64,000 nt of DNA, taken from positions 5,541 to 69,540 of the forward strand of contig JACPBY010000005.1 of the NCBI GenBank assembly GCA_016180065.1, written 5' to 3'. The stretch is from Candidatus Woesearchaeota archaeon (GTDB taxonomy: Archaea; Nanobdellota; Nanobdellia; Woesearchaeales; UBA10216). A program made the position numbers and the translations under genes. Below the pieces are notes generated by a model that was given only the letters and a program-made list of their open reading frames with translations, made no database searches and was not told where the DNA came from. Shown here piece after piece: positions 10,596-19,226 of the stretch. Every line of letters begins with the position of its first letter. The stretch's first letter is position 1.

Positions 10596-11018
10596 ATGGA
10601 CTGGAAGGACTGCGAGGAAGGATTTATCAGGAAAGTTGATATTGACAGAGAGAAAGCTGAGTCCATAATAGAAACGGCTGAGGCAAGGCTGGGATTCATA
10701 AGGGGCATTCAAGCGGACAAGAAAAATGCATCATTTATAGTGGAAGGTTACTATGAGGCCATAAAGGAACTGCTTGTTGCAATGCTTCTGTCAAAAGGGC
10801 TGAGGTCAAAAAACCACCAGTGCCTGATTTCTTACTTTTACCAAAATCACCCAGAATACGAAGCAGAAGCCCACTTAATCGCACAAATGAGCTGCCTGAG
10901 AAACCAGCTGGACTACTATGGCGAAAGCATAGATTTTGCATTTTACGATAAGAACAAAGGGGAGTTTGACAAAGTGGTGGAACTGCTTAAAAAGCTAATA
11001 CAGAATAAAGAAAAATAG
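10596..11018 (+). CDS. HEPN-domain protein (toxin partner of MNT)
   Basis: GYYEAIKEL...KNHQCL...RNQLDYYG pattern; 8 bp after the MNT gene. Confidence 0.8.
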   Translation: MDWKDCEEGFIRKVDIDREKAESIIETAEARLGFIRGIQADKKNASFIVEGYYEAIKELLVAMLLSKGLRSKNHQCLISYFYQNHPEYEAEAHLIAQMSCLRNQLDYYGESIDFAFYDKNKGEFDKVVELLKKLIQNKEK

Positions 11019-11039
11019 ACGCCATATCCCTACCGCATC

Positions 11040-13064
11040 TCACGGGTGGTAATTGCCTTTGCCAGGGCCTTTCTTCCTGCCCTTGATAAACATCCAGGCA
11101 CCAACTACTGCAACCAAAATAACAACGACAAGCACAAGGCTGTTTACCAGGGACGGCTTCTTAACCTCAACCGGAGGCTTCTCCTCTCCCTTTTCAACAA
11201 CTGGAGCAGGAGGGGCTGGAGGAGCCTCAGGAGCAACAGCAGGAGCTGCCTCAGCCCTGCCCTGAACCGCAACAGTGCTCGTGCCAATGTTCCTGATGTC
11301 CTTGTTGACTGTATAGCTCATGTCCTTCTTCTGGCCCCTGGCAACCTGTGAGAAGAACCACTTGACAACAGGGTCAGCCTCAAGCACAGTGGGCTGCTCG
11401 CCCTTGAACATAACCTGGTTCACGTTGGAAGCCGCTGCCTTCGGAATGACCTCCACAACCTCAACGTTATTCAGGTCCTTGTTGGCAGGTGCAACAACAG
11501 AAAGCTTGACAACCGAAACAGTCACTTCTTCCTTTGTGGCCTTGTTCGTAGCCTTGACGACCTCAATAGTCTTCTTGACAGAGCCGCCGGCAGACTGGAC
11601 AGTGGTTGCACCGCCCGAGGACACTGCCTGCTCTATGGCGCTAACTGCCTGCTTCGCCTCAGCTGTCTTAACAGCAGTTTCCACCTGCACAAGAGCGGTG
11701 GCAACCGCCTCATCAGCTTTAGGAACATCCTTAATCTCAGGAGCAGCAACTGCCTTGTAATCTACATTGCCAGCATCAGCAGCGACCTGGAAAGTCGCAG
11801 GCAACGACTCCTTTACAACATCAATAGTTTCCTGGGAAGGAGCAGCAGAAGCACCACCTGCACCGCCACCTCCACCGCCACCTCCAGCGCCGCTGCTTCC
11901 TCCTCCGCCGGAATCAGGTGTAGTTGAAGCTGCCACCGCTGTGACAGTGAAGTTCATATTAGCTATAACTGTAAGGTTGGTTATGCTGCCGTTGTCGTTA
12001 ACCTGAATAGCGGTTATGTTGTAAGTGCCTGCAGTAGCTGTCTCAGCTGAGTTAAATATCTTGTAGCTGAGGTTGAAGTTCCTGCCATTGGATGGGATGG
12101 TGAAGTTCCTGCTGATGTTGCCCGAAGGTGTCAGCAATGTAAAGTTTGCTGCCGTGATGTTGTAATAGGTATCGTTCAGGTTTACTGTGAAATTAACTGT
12201 CTGCGCAGTTGTTATGCTTGCTGCGCTAAGTGCTAAATTCGGAATAGTTAATCGCGAAGTAACCGTAAAATTCAGAGTGGTTATGGTAGTTAGGTTACTT
12301 ATGCTCCCGTTATCGTTAACCTGCACTGAGGTTATGTTGTAAGTGCCCGGGATTGCTGTTTCATCTGAGTTAAATATCTTGTAGCTTATGTTAAAATTCT
12401 TTCCATTGGAAGGTATGGTGAAGTTCCTGCTCAGCACTCCTGTTGGAGTCGCCAATGTGAAGTTCGCCGCAGTAATGTTGTAGCGCAGCACGCTGCTTAT
12501 GTTTATCGTGAAATTCAGAGTTTGCGTGTTTATTATACTGGTTGAATTAATGACAAAGCCCGGAATTGATATGCCTGTGCCGCATGCGGCTGCCTGGCAC
12601 ACGCCGCTGCCACTGGACGTGTTTATTGCCGTGCTGCCGGAGCAGCAGAAGCCGCTTGAGCAGGCGTTTGCATAGCTGCATGCGCCGTCATTCGCAACCA
12701 ACGAGACAGACATGTTGGTATAGTTAACCAAAAGGTTGCTGCATGTCTGGGTTGTGGCGTTAATGCCCCAAACCTTAAGGAAAGCCGTGCTTCCTGCACC
12801 ACACGAAATGTCCATGCTGTATTCAGGCAGCGGAAATGTTGTGCCGACTGTATAGCTGTCTGCGGCAGAGGACGCCCCGCCTATGAAAGCCTCAACTACC
12901 GCGCCCCCTGAGGCTGAACTGCTCCCGCCTATGGAAACATTACCCCTGAAAGAGTTGAGATCCGCTGGCTGGCCTAACGCAACTAATGAAAAAATCAATG
13001 ACAACGCCAGAACTAAAGCAACCAGTGCTATCTTTTTAACATTCCACATTCGGATTCTCCCCAC
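11040..13064 (-). CDS. Surface protein with Cys-rich module, two ~103-aa repeats, Gly linker and TM anchor
   Basis: Signal peptide, CSYANACSSGFCC, duplicated domain, poly-Gly, C-terminal TM followed by KGRKK. Confidence 0.85.
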   Translation of the reverse strand: MGRIRMWNVKKIALVALVLALSLIFSLVALGQPADLNSFRGNVSIGGSSSASGGAVVEAFIGGASSAADSYTVGTTFPLPEYSMDISCGAGSTAFLKVWGINATTQTCSNLLVNYTNMSVSLVANDGACSYANACSSGFCCSGSTAINTSSGSGVCQAAACGTGISIPGFVINSTSIINTQTLNFTINISSVLRYNITAANFTLATPTGVLSRNFTIPSNGKNFNISYKIFNSDETAIPGTYNITSVQVNDNGSISNLTTITTLNFTVTSRLTIPNLALSAASITTAQTVNFTVNLNDTYYNITAANFTLLTPSGNISRNFTIPSNGRNFNLSYKIFNSAETATAGTYNITAIQVNDNGSITNLTVIANMNFTVTAVAASTTPDSGGGGSSGAGGGGGGGGAGGASAAPSQETIDVVKESLPATFQVAADAGNVDYKAVAAPEIKDVPKADEAVATALVQVETAVKTAEAKQAVSAIEQAVSSGGATTVQSAGGSVKKTIEVVKATNKATKEEVTVSVVKLSVVAPANKDLNNVEVVEVIPKAAASNVNQVMFKGEQPTVLEADPVVKWFFSQVARGQKKDMSYTVNKDIRNIGTSTVAVQGRAEAAPAVAPEAPPAPPAPVVEKGEEKPPVEVKKPSLVNSLVLVVVILVAVVGAWMFIKGRKKGPGKGNYHP
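11940..12568 (-). repeat. Intragenic tandem duplication of a ~103-aa beta-rich domain
   Basis: YNITAANFTL.TP.G..SRNFTIPSNG.NFN.SYKIFNS.ETA..GTYNIT..QVNDNGSI.NLT occurs twice. Confidence 0.85.
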
Positions 13065-13128
13065 TCTGCCAAAAATAGAAGCTATCCAAGCCTCCGGAAG
13101 GCATTGGAATAGCCCGATTTTTAAATTT

Positions 13129-16100
13129 TTAGTTTATCTCCAGCCTTTCAACTGCTGTGACGTTAATCCAGTATGTTGTCTGGTTGGTAAAGTTGACAAG
13201 GCTGTTGGCGGTTTGCCCTACTACAAAGCTTTCCCATGAGTTGGTGCTTGCGGTGTATGCATATACCCTCGTGAAGTTACCGGCTGCTGTGCCCTTCAGC
13301 AGGGATGCCAAAACATTTGTAACATTATAGCCGCCTATGGCCGATGCCAAAGTTGTATCAGCCAAAGCGCCAGTTGCAAGCGAGAAGCTTGACCAGCCGT
13401 TGGCGCTGCCTGCCGCAGCAGCCTGGAAGTAGTTAGGCCAGCGGTTATCTGTTTTCCCTGGTATTGTGACGTTCCAAAGTGTTCTCGTATCCACATTGAA
13501 TGTATCATCCTCTGTATTGTTGCCAGATAACGGCATGCTGCTGCCGGCAACGTCAAAGCAGCTGTAGTAGATTGTGTGAACACCGTCCCGCAGCGGGCCA
13601 AGAACGGCATTGTGGCTCTTGCTAACATTGTTGCTCGCAGTATTCGGCAGGTGCTGATACTTCTGGTACTGGGTGTCTATAGAATATTTACATGTGGCGT
13701 TTTCTGACGTGTTGAAAAGTATCTTCGGCGTAGAGTTTGCTACCGGATTTGTCAGGTCACTGCCACTTATAAAGCCGCCAACAAAGCTCCAGTTAACCGT
13801 CGGATTGGTCGCGCCGTTCTGTATCGTTACCCTTACGAACTCAGAGCTGTTGACGTTGCCGGACTTGTCAGTGGCATTAATGAAAATCTGGTAGTCGCCG
13901 TTCGCGATGGCAGTTGTGTCAACAGAAGCATTCCACCTCTCGCGGTCCCCTGGCGCAGTCATCATGTAGGAAGCTGCGATGCCCGCGGCGCTTACAAAAG
14001 TGACGTTGACAGATGCGTTGTCAATGCCGTTCGGGTTAATGCCAATGTTGTCATTAACTGATGCATTGATTATAACAGTTCCGCCAATCCCTGCTCCGCC
14101 TGAAGCGGCAGGAGTGGTGTTTATAGCCCTTACCATTGGAACAGTGTTGTCAAAGGTCACGTTTGCGATAATCGTGTAGTTTATGTTGCCTGCAGTGTCA
14201 TTGACTGTCACGTTGATGTCGTAAACGCCATTTGGCACAGAGGCAAACGTGAAAGACGCATTGGAATAGTTGCCACCATTGCTTGCCATCGGCAGCTGCA
14301 TGCCTGTTGCACCAACAATCACATTGCCGGTTATGTTGTCACTTGAATTGGTCTTGGTCCTGTTTATGAGCTGGTATGATGTGGCATTGATGTTTGTGGC
14401 TACTATAGCTCCAACACCAAGCGGCGGCGTGTTCAAGCTGCTGGTATCGTTAATTGTGACGTTAACCACAAACGAAGTTCCTGTGCCGTTGTGGAACGTG
14501 CTGCTGGCAACGCTGTTCTTGCCAACGCCCACAGCGGGGATGGTCTTGTCAAGCACAAGCTGGATATAAGCCGCTGTGCTCCAGCCGGCCTTGTCCGTGA
14601 CATTGACTCGGATGGTGTAGTTGCCGTCCAGGAAGCCGACAACAGTGGTCATGTTGTAGAATGTTGCGTTCCAGTTGTTAGCCCCTCCAACATTGTTCAT
14701 CGGGAACCACGAGCTTACGTTCCGCTGAACGCTGTTCCCATCAACATCGGACGCGTTCTCCCACCTGTATGTGACAGTGTCAAAGTTTGACTCAACCGCT
14801 GAGATGTTTATGGTAAAGTTCCTGCTCTGGTTGATGTTGTTTGCGGGATTAATGAACGTGACTGAAGCAGGGGGAACAGTGTCTATGGTGACATTTATAG
14901 TAACGGTCGTGTTCTGGTTGCCTGCAGTATCTGTAACATTAAGCCTGATGGTGAAGTTGCCGTTTGACGCATTGATAAGCTCTCCGCCCCAGTGGGTAAG
15001 GTTGACATTTTGCGGGCTGTGCAGAACGCCGTTGGCATTGATAGCAAAAGCACTGGTGGCGTTTGAAGGCACCCACGGCCAGCTGAAGCTGCTGTTCTCA
15101 AGCCTGAAACTCACATTTTTAATGCCTGACTGGTTAGCGTTCGCAGAATTGCCGGACTCGTTTGCCACAGCCCGTATGGGTGTTGCACCCCAGCTGCTGA
15201 AGGTCGTGTTGTCCTTGTGGAACGAGTTTGCAGCAGGCAAGGTTATGCTCACGTTGTAAGGCCTTGTTGAGTCAAATATGACGTTTGTAACATTACTGGT
15301 AGCGTTCTGCCTTCCTGAACTGTCTGTTGCATTAATTTCTATAGTATAGTTGCCATCAAGCAAGGAGCTTATCGTGAGCGAGGCTGACCAGTAGCCCTGG
15401 GTGTTGAGTGGGCTGTTGCTGCCCGCGTAGAGCGACATCGGGAACCAGCTGCTTACGTTGGCACCATCAGGGTTTCCAGCATCTGTTGCTGCAGTGGTGT
15501 TCCTCCACCTGAACGAAACGTTCCTCAACGGGCCAACAGAGTCGTTGACTGACGCATTAATCGAGACCGTAGTTGAGTAGTTGGTTGTCTGTGAAACAGG
15601 GCTGAGAATCGTAACATTCGGAACCAGCCCATCCACAACAATCGTCAGGTTAATTGAGTCGTTAACCCTTCCCATCACGTCAGAGAAGTTGAAGCGGAGG
15701 TTGCACTGCTGCCCGTCAGCAACTATTATATTACAAAAGTCCCTCGTGAGGTTAACAACAGTGTAGTTCCATACCGATGTTCCTGAGGGCGTCCCGCTTT
15801 CCTTAGTAAAGTTAAAGACAAGTCCCAAGTTGCCAAATACACTTATGTTTCTGGTCACATTGTTAACATTATTGCTTGTTTGCAGCCTGAGCACAACAGA
15901 CTCATTAAGAGTGGAAAGAGCCTGGGTCGCGTTTCCCTCAGACAAATTGCCATTGACAGTTATGTTAGTGAAGGCAGCGCCTGAAGGCCCAACGTCGTCA
16001 ACCTCAACGCTGAAGTTGTAGTTGAGGACGTTGCTCACATTGTCAGTAATCCTGAAGCTTAAGTTATAGAGGCCGTCACCGTTGAAGCCGAGGCCGCTGC

Positions 16101-17361
16101 CACGCCGAGCCAGGTCTGTTATGTTCCAAGCGTCGCGACCAGTGAAGTTCAGATTCCATGTTGTTTGCGTGCTTGAGCCATTAGTGCCGGCGCCGGTGAT
16201 GTTTTGAAGTGGCATGTAAGTGCCTGACCTGTTCATAACCTCTACATTGACAACGCCTGAACCGCCATCGTCCCTCACAAGGATGCTGATATTCAGCAGC
16301 ACGCTGCTGTTTACTATGTACTCAAGCCCTGCCAAGCTGCCAAATGTCTTTGTTGTGTTAATGGCGCTGCCATTGCCGTTTGTATTGACCTGGGTGTAAT
16401 TGGCAATCTGCACATCCACCACAGCAGGGGCAGCGGCGTCAATTGAGAAGTTGTAAGTCCTTACCTCACCAACTGACGTGTAGTTGCTCACATTACCCGT
16501 CCTGACAGAGTCGTTGGCAACAACGGAGAAGAGTAATAATGTGCCGTTCTTAATCAGCTCGCCGCTTAAAGACGCATTGTAAATTGAGAAATTGCCCATG
16601 CTGCCATTGCTCATGGTGACTGTTGTGTCGTAACTGGCTCCGGTCCTGTGGTCAACCGGCACAATCCTGTTTGCCAAATCAGTAGAAGATGCGTTTGTAG
16701 CATTGTAATAAAGCACAACCTGCTGCATTCCTGACTCGTTATCGGTTGCGAGGAAGACGAAGTCAATCCTGCCTGACGCGTTGCCCAGAAACCGCAGGCC
16801 GTTAAAATTAGTGCCTCCTGTCAGGTTCCTTGTGCCGTCGGAAACATTCAGCAGGTTAAGCTTTGGGGCGAGGGTGTCAATAGAAACTGTTGATGTGGTG
16901 GTGTTGACCGGGTTTGAGTCATCAGTTGTCCTTACTGAGAAATCATTTTCACCTGCGCTGCTTGCAGTAGTTGAAGAGATGTTAAATGATATAGAACTCC
17001 CAAGTGCCAGAGTTCCTGTTGTAAATTCAACATATAGCTTGCTAGGATTCTCATTCGTGCCGTTAGTTGTGCACTGCCAGCCTGCAGGAACAGGTGAAAG
17101 GCAATAAACATCTACAAAATTGGTTGGCTTTGTAATCCTTACTTCAGTAATGGTGCCACCGTTTACGTTGGTGACCGAAAAGTTATAAGTTTGGTTTGCA
17201 AAGCCTGCACCTGCCCAAGTCGGGGTTACGGTGATTGTCCTCACATAAGCTGCATTTACGGAAAGTATGCCCACGACCATGACAGCAACTGCCATCAGCA
17301 GAACAAGGCTGTAAACAGTGCCTTTTTTTTGCGAAAAAAACAGTTTTGCGTTAAAAGACAA
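13129..17361 (-). CDS. Large secreted Ig-like repeat glycoprotein
   Basis: Signal peptide; repeated DGNYTI.INATD.AGN...IDT.PP units; very many N-x-S/T sequons; C-terminal GW...YW domain seen in archaeal exported proteins. Start codon uncertain. Confidence 0.85.
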   Translation of the reverse strand: MSFNAKLFFSQKKGTVYSLVLLMAVAVMVVGILSVNAAYVRTITVTPTWAGAGFANQTYNFSVTNVNGGTITEVRITKPTNFVDVYCLSPVPAGWQCTTNGTNENPSKLYVEFTTGTLALGSSISFNISSTTASSAGENDFSVRTTDDSNPVNTTTSTVSIDTLAPKLNLLNVSDGTRNLTGGTNFNGLRFLGNASGRIDFVFLATDNESGMQQVVLYYNATNASSTDLANRIVPVDHRTGASYDTTVTMSNGSMGNFSIYNASLSGELIKNGTLLLFSVVANDSVRTGNVSNYTSVGEVRTYNFSIDAAAPAVVDVQIANYTQVNTNGNGSAINTTKTFGSLAGLEYIVNSSVLLNISILVRDDGGSGVVNVEVMNRSGTYMPLQNITGAGTNGSSTQTTWNLNFTGRDAWNITDLARRGSGLGFNGDGLYNLSFRITDNVSNVLNYNFSVEVDDVGPSGAAFTNITVNGNLSEGNATQALSTLNESVVLRLQTSNNVNNVTRNISVFGNLGLVFNFTKESGTPSGTSVWNYTVVNLTRDFCNIIVADGQQCNLRFNFSDVMGRVNDSINLTIVVDGLVPNVTILSPVSQTTNYSTTVSINASVNDSVGPLRNVSFRWRNTTAATDAGNPDGANVSSWFPMSLYAGSNSPLNTQGYWSASLTISSLLDGNYTIEINATDSSGRQNATSNVTNVIFDSTRPYNVSITLPAANSFHKDNTTFSSWGATPIRAVANESGNSANANQSGIKNVSFRLENSSFSWPWVPSNATSAFAINANGVLHSPQNVNLTHWGGELINASNGNFTIRLNVTDTAGNQNTTVTINVTIDTVPPASVTFINPANNINQSRNFTINISAVESNFDTVTYRWENASDVDGNSVQRNVSSWFPMNNVGGANNWNATFYNMTTVVGFLDGNYTIRVNVTDKAGWSTAAYIQLVLDKTIPAVGVGKNSVASSTFHNGTGTSFVVNVTINDTSSLNTPPLGVGAIVATNINATSYQLINRTKTNSSDNITGNVIVGATGMQLPMASNGGNYSNASFTFASVPNGVYDINVTVNDTAGNINYTIIANVTFDNTVPMVRAINTTPAASGGAGIGGTVIINASVNDNIGINPNGIDNASVNVTFVSAAGIAASYMMTAPGDRERWNASVDTTAIANGDYQIFINATDKSGNVNSSEFVRVTIQNGATNPTVNWSFVGGFISGSDLTNPVANSTPKILFNTSENATCKYSIDTQYQKYQHLPNTASNNVSKSHNAVLGPLRDGVHTIYYSCFDVAGSSMPLSGNNTEDDTFNVDTRTLWNVTIPGKTDNRWPNYFQAAAAGSANGWSSFSLATGALADTTLASAIGGYNVTNVLASLLKGTAAGNFTRVYAYTASTNSWESFVVGQTANSLVNFTNQTTYWINVTAVERLEIN

Positions 17362-17657
17362 GCCTCAACACCTCAGTTTTTGACTCAAGCCACAACATAA
17401 CACTATGACTTTGAGTATGGAATCCAACTTTCGCTAGGTTGTATTTAAACTTTTTGGAAAGCCTCTGGAAAACCTTGCCAAAGCCTCACTGAACAGGGGA
17501 ATGCTGGCACCTGCCATGCACCACCCCTCAAAGCCTTTTCAAGCTGTTGAAAGGGGCACTATTTAAATTCTTGTGACCTCTCAAAAGTGAGGAACAGTAT
17601 GACAGGTTATGATGATTTTTGTTGCTTTTCGGCTTTTTACTATCATAATAACAAGCA

Positions 17658-17999
17658 TCATACCGTGACTGCTGCCGCTCTCCTCTGCAAACGCTTATTC
17701 AGCTCGTTAAGAACAAGCTCCTTATCTACTTCAAGCAACTTTTTCACCAAAGGGTTTTTTTCGTTAAGCCTGTAAAGCTTTATCCTGCCAAGTTCCCTCG
17801 TTACTGCCAACACCTCATTCTTTACCAAATCAGGAACTATATTATAATGCAACGTTGTCCTGCTGATTTGGGCATTTTCCGCAATATCTGTTATTGAACA
17901 GTCAAGCGGGTAAACGCTCAACAGATAGTCCAGAACCCTAACCGCAGGGCTTGCGCCGAACATTTCCATAAATATTGACTTTAAAACGGCTTTTTTCAT
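17658..17999 (-). CDS. Winged-helix transcriptional regulator
   Basis: FGASPAVRVLDYL...SITDIAENAQISRTTL...YRLN. Confidence 0.8.
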   Translation of the reverse strand: MKKAVLKSIFMEMFGASPAVRVLDYLLSVYPLDCSITDIAENAQISRTTLHYNIVPDLVKNEVLAVTRELGRIKLYRLNEKNPLVKKLLEVDKELVLNELNKRLQRRAAAVTV

Positions 18000-18110
18000 T
18001 GCCCACCACTCTCACTCACATACATACGTATCACATACTTATTATATAACTAACATATACTAGATAACTAACCTAACACATAGCAACTATTATTTAAACT
18101 TTTCTATAAA

Positions 18111-18126
18111 TGAACAGACTTGTTCA
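18111..18126. promoter_or_regulatory. Putative operator palindrome
   Basis: TGAACA-GACT-TGTTCA between divergent genes, among TATA-like boxes. Confidence 0.45.
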
Positions 18127-18168
18127 AAAAGAAAACTATTTAAAGATAAGCCCAATTTGAGGCTTGCC

Positions 18169-18441
18169 ATGCTAAAAGATGATATTAAAAAGGTGTTAAT
18201 AAGCCGCTTAGTGAGAGGCAGGCATTGGGGAGAAGCGTATACACACAACATAAGAAGATTTTTGCCAAAACACCTAAGGGGCGAGAAAGTTACAGACGAA
18301 GCTATTGAAGAGCTAATCAAGCAGGAATGGCTTATCATCCCGAAGTATAAAAGGGGAGAACCCATGTTCAGCCTTAATCCAAGAGCGGAGAGTGTTAAAG
18401 AAATAATGCAGTCCTATGAAGAATACGGTAATGCAGCCTAA
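18169..18441 (+). CDS. Small basic hypothetical protein
   Basis: RHWGEAYT...LPKHLRG...AIEELIK...FSLNP pattern; AT-rich; divergent from the wHTH gene. Confidence 0.65.
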   Translation: MLKDDIKKVLISRLVRGRHWGEAYTHNIRRFLPKHLRGEKVTDEAIEELIKQEWLIIPKYKRGEPMFSLNPRAESVKEIMQSYEEYGNAA

Positions 18442-18839
18442 GCCTTGCAGACTGTTATTTGTTTCCCATTCGAAAGCTTCTTCTCGACAATGCGAAGGAC
18501 TGCAATCCTGTCGCCAGGCCTTGTCCTGCTCTTGGCTATCGTGCCTGCCGGAACCTCAACCACAAGCCTTGCCTTGCGTCCCGCAGAATATGTGGTGAAC
18601 GGCTGCATTCTTTTCAAGACCTCAACAACCCGCATATTGCCGTCAAGCAAGATGACGTCTATTGGAAAGAACACGAAGAACGTATGCAGGCTTATCACTG
18701 TTTCTCTCGGAAACCTGAGCACCATGGCTTTTTGGGTTGGCCTGGAAAACATCAAGCCCACTGCCCTGCCCATGATTGAGTCCGCTATCTTGGAACTGGA
18801 TGCTATTATCGAGTTCCTGGTAACATTTTTTATTGGCAT
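18438..18839 (-). CDS. DUF192 family protein
   Basis: ADS..RAVGLMF...LHTFFVFFPIDVI...VVEVPAG. Confidence 0.9.
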   Translation of the reverse strand: MPIKNVTRNSIIASSSKIADSIMGRAVGLMFSRPTQKAMVLRFPRETVISLHTFFVFFPIDVILLDGNMRVVEVLKRMQPFTTYSAGRKARLVVEVPAGTIAKSRTRPGDRIAVLRIVEKKLSNGKQITVCKA

Positions 18840-18993
18840 ATATACTCACTCGCGTAACTAGCTGGGCAGCGCATGCTCGCACGTAATAGCAAAGAACACT
18901 CTACGCTCAATCTTTTGCGTTCTTTGCCAGAATCACAGGAAAGTCGGGATTGGGCGGGAGTTATTAAGCTTTGCGGAATGTAAAAAGAATAAG

Positions 18994-19156
18994 TGGGGAT
19001 GCAGGGATTTGAACCCTGGTCCGAGGCTTTCCACTCAGGGATAATCATCGCCTTCCTTTCAGCAGGCTCAGTTCTCCAATCACTGGAGGCCCCCATACTA
19101 CCGGACTGTACCACCTTGTGCCCTGTTAATGACGCAGGTGTTTGTACTACATCCCC
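18994..19156 (-). tRNA. trnW: tRNA-Trp(CCA) with two introns (D-loop 19106-19141; canonical 37/38 19029-19082)
   Basis: Acceptor GGGGATG/CATCCCC+A, D-stem GTAC/GTAT, anticodon arm GGGGC-CTCCAG^A-GCCTC, T-arm CAGGG-TTCAAAT-CCCTG. Removing 36 and 54 nt leaves a 73-nt cloverleaf. Confidence 0.92.
19029..19082 (-). ncRNA. Box C/D guide RNA inside the tRNA-Trp intron
   Basis: TGAT..TTGGAGAA-CTGA...ATGATTA...CTGA. TTGGAG is complementary to the anticodon loop and the D+5 rule lands on C34. Confidence 0.7.
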
Positions 19157-19181
19157 ACGAAGCTTTTTAGCACAGCCAAAC

Positions 19182-19191
19182 ATATTTAAAT
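19182..19191. promoter_or_regulatory. TATA box between divergent tRNA-Trp and permease genes
   Basis: ATATTTAAAT, ~26 nt from the tRNA 5' end and ~36 nt from ATG 19227. Confidence 0.6.
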
Positions 19192-19226
19192 GTTGCTGCA
19201 CAGGCAAAGCAAAAAAGAGGCCATGC

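Noticed and set aside
18993-19226. N-terminal 78 aa of the 459-aa ORF, and ORF 18830-19276
   Set aside because: Both overlap the tRNA-Trp gene; permease similarity starts at Met 19227.
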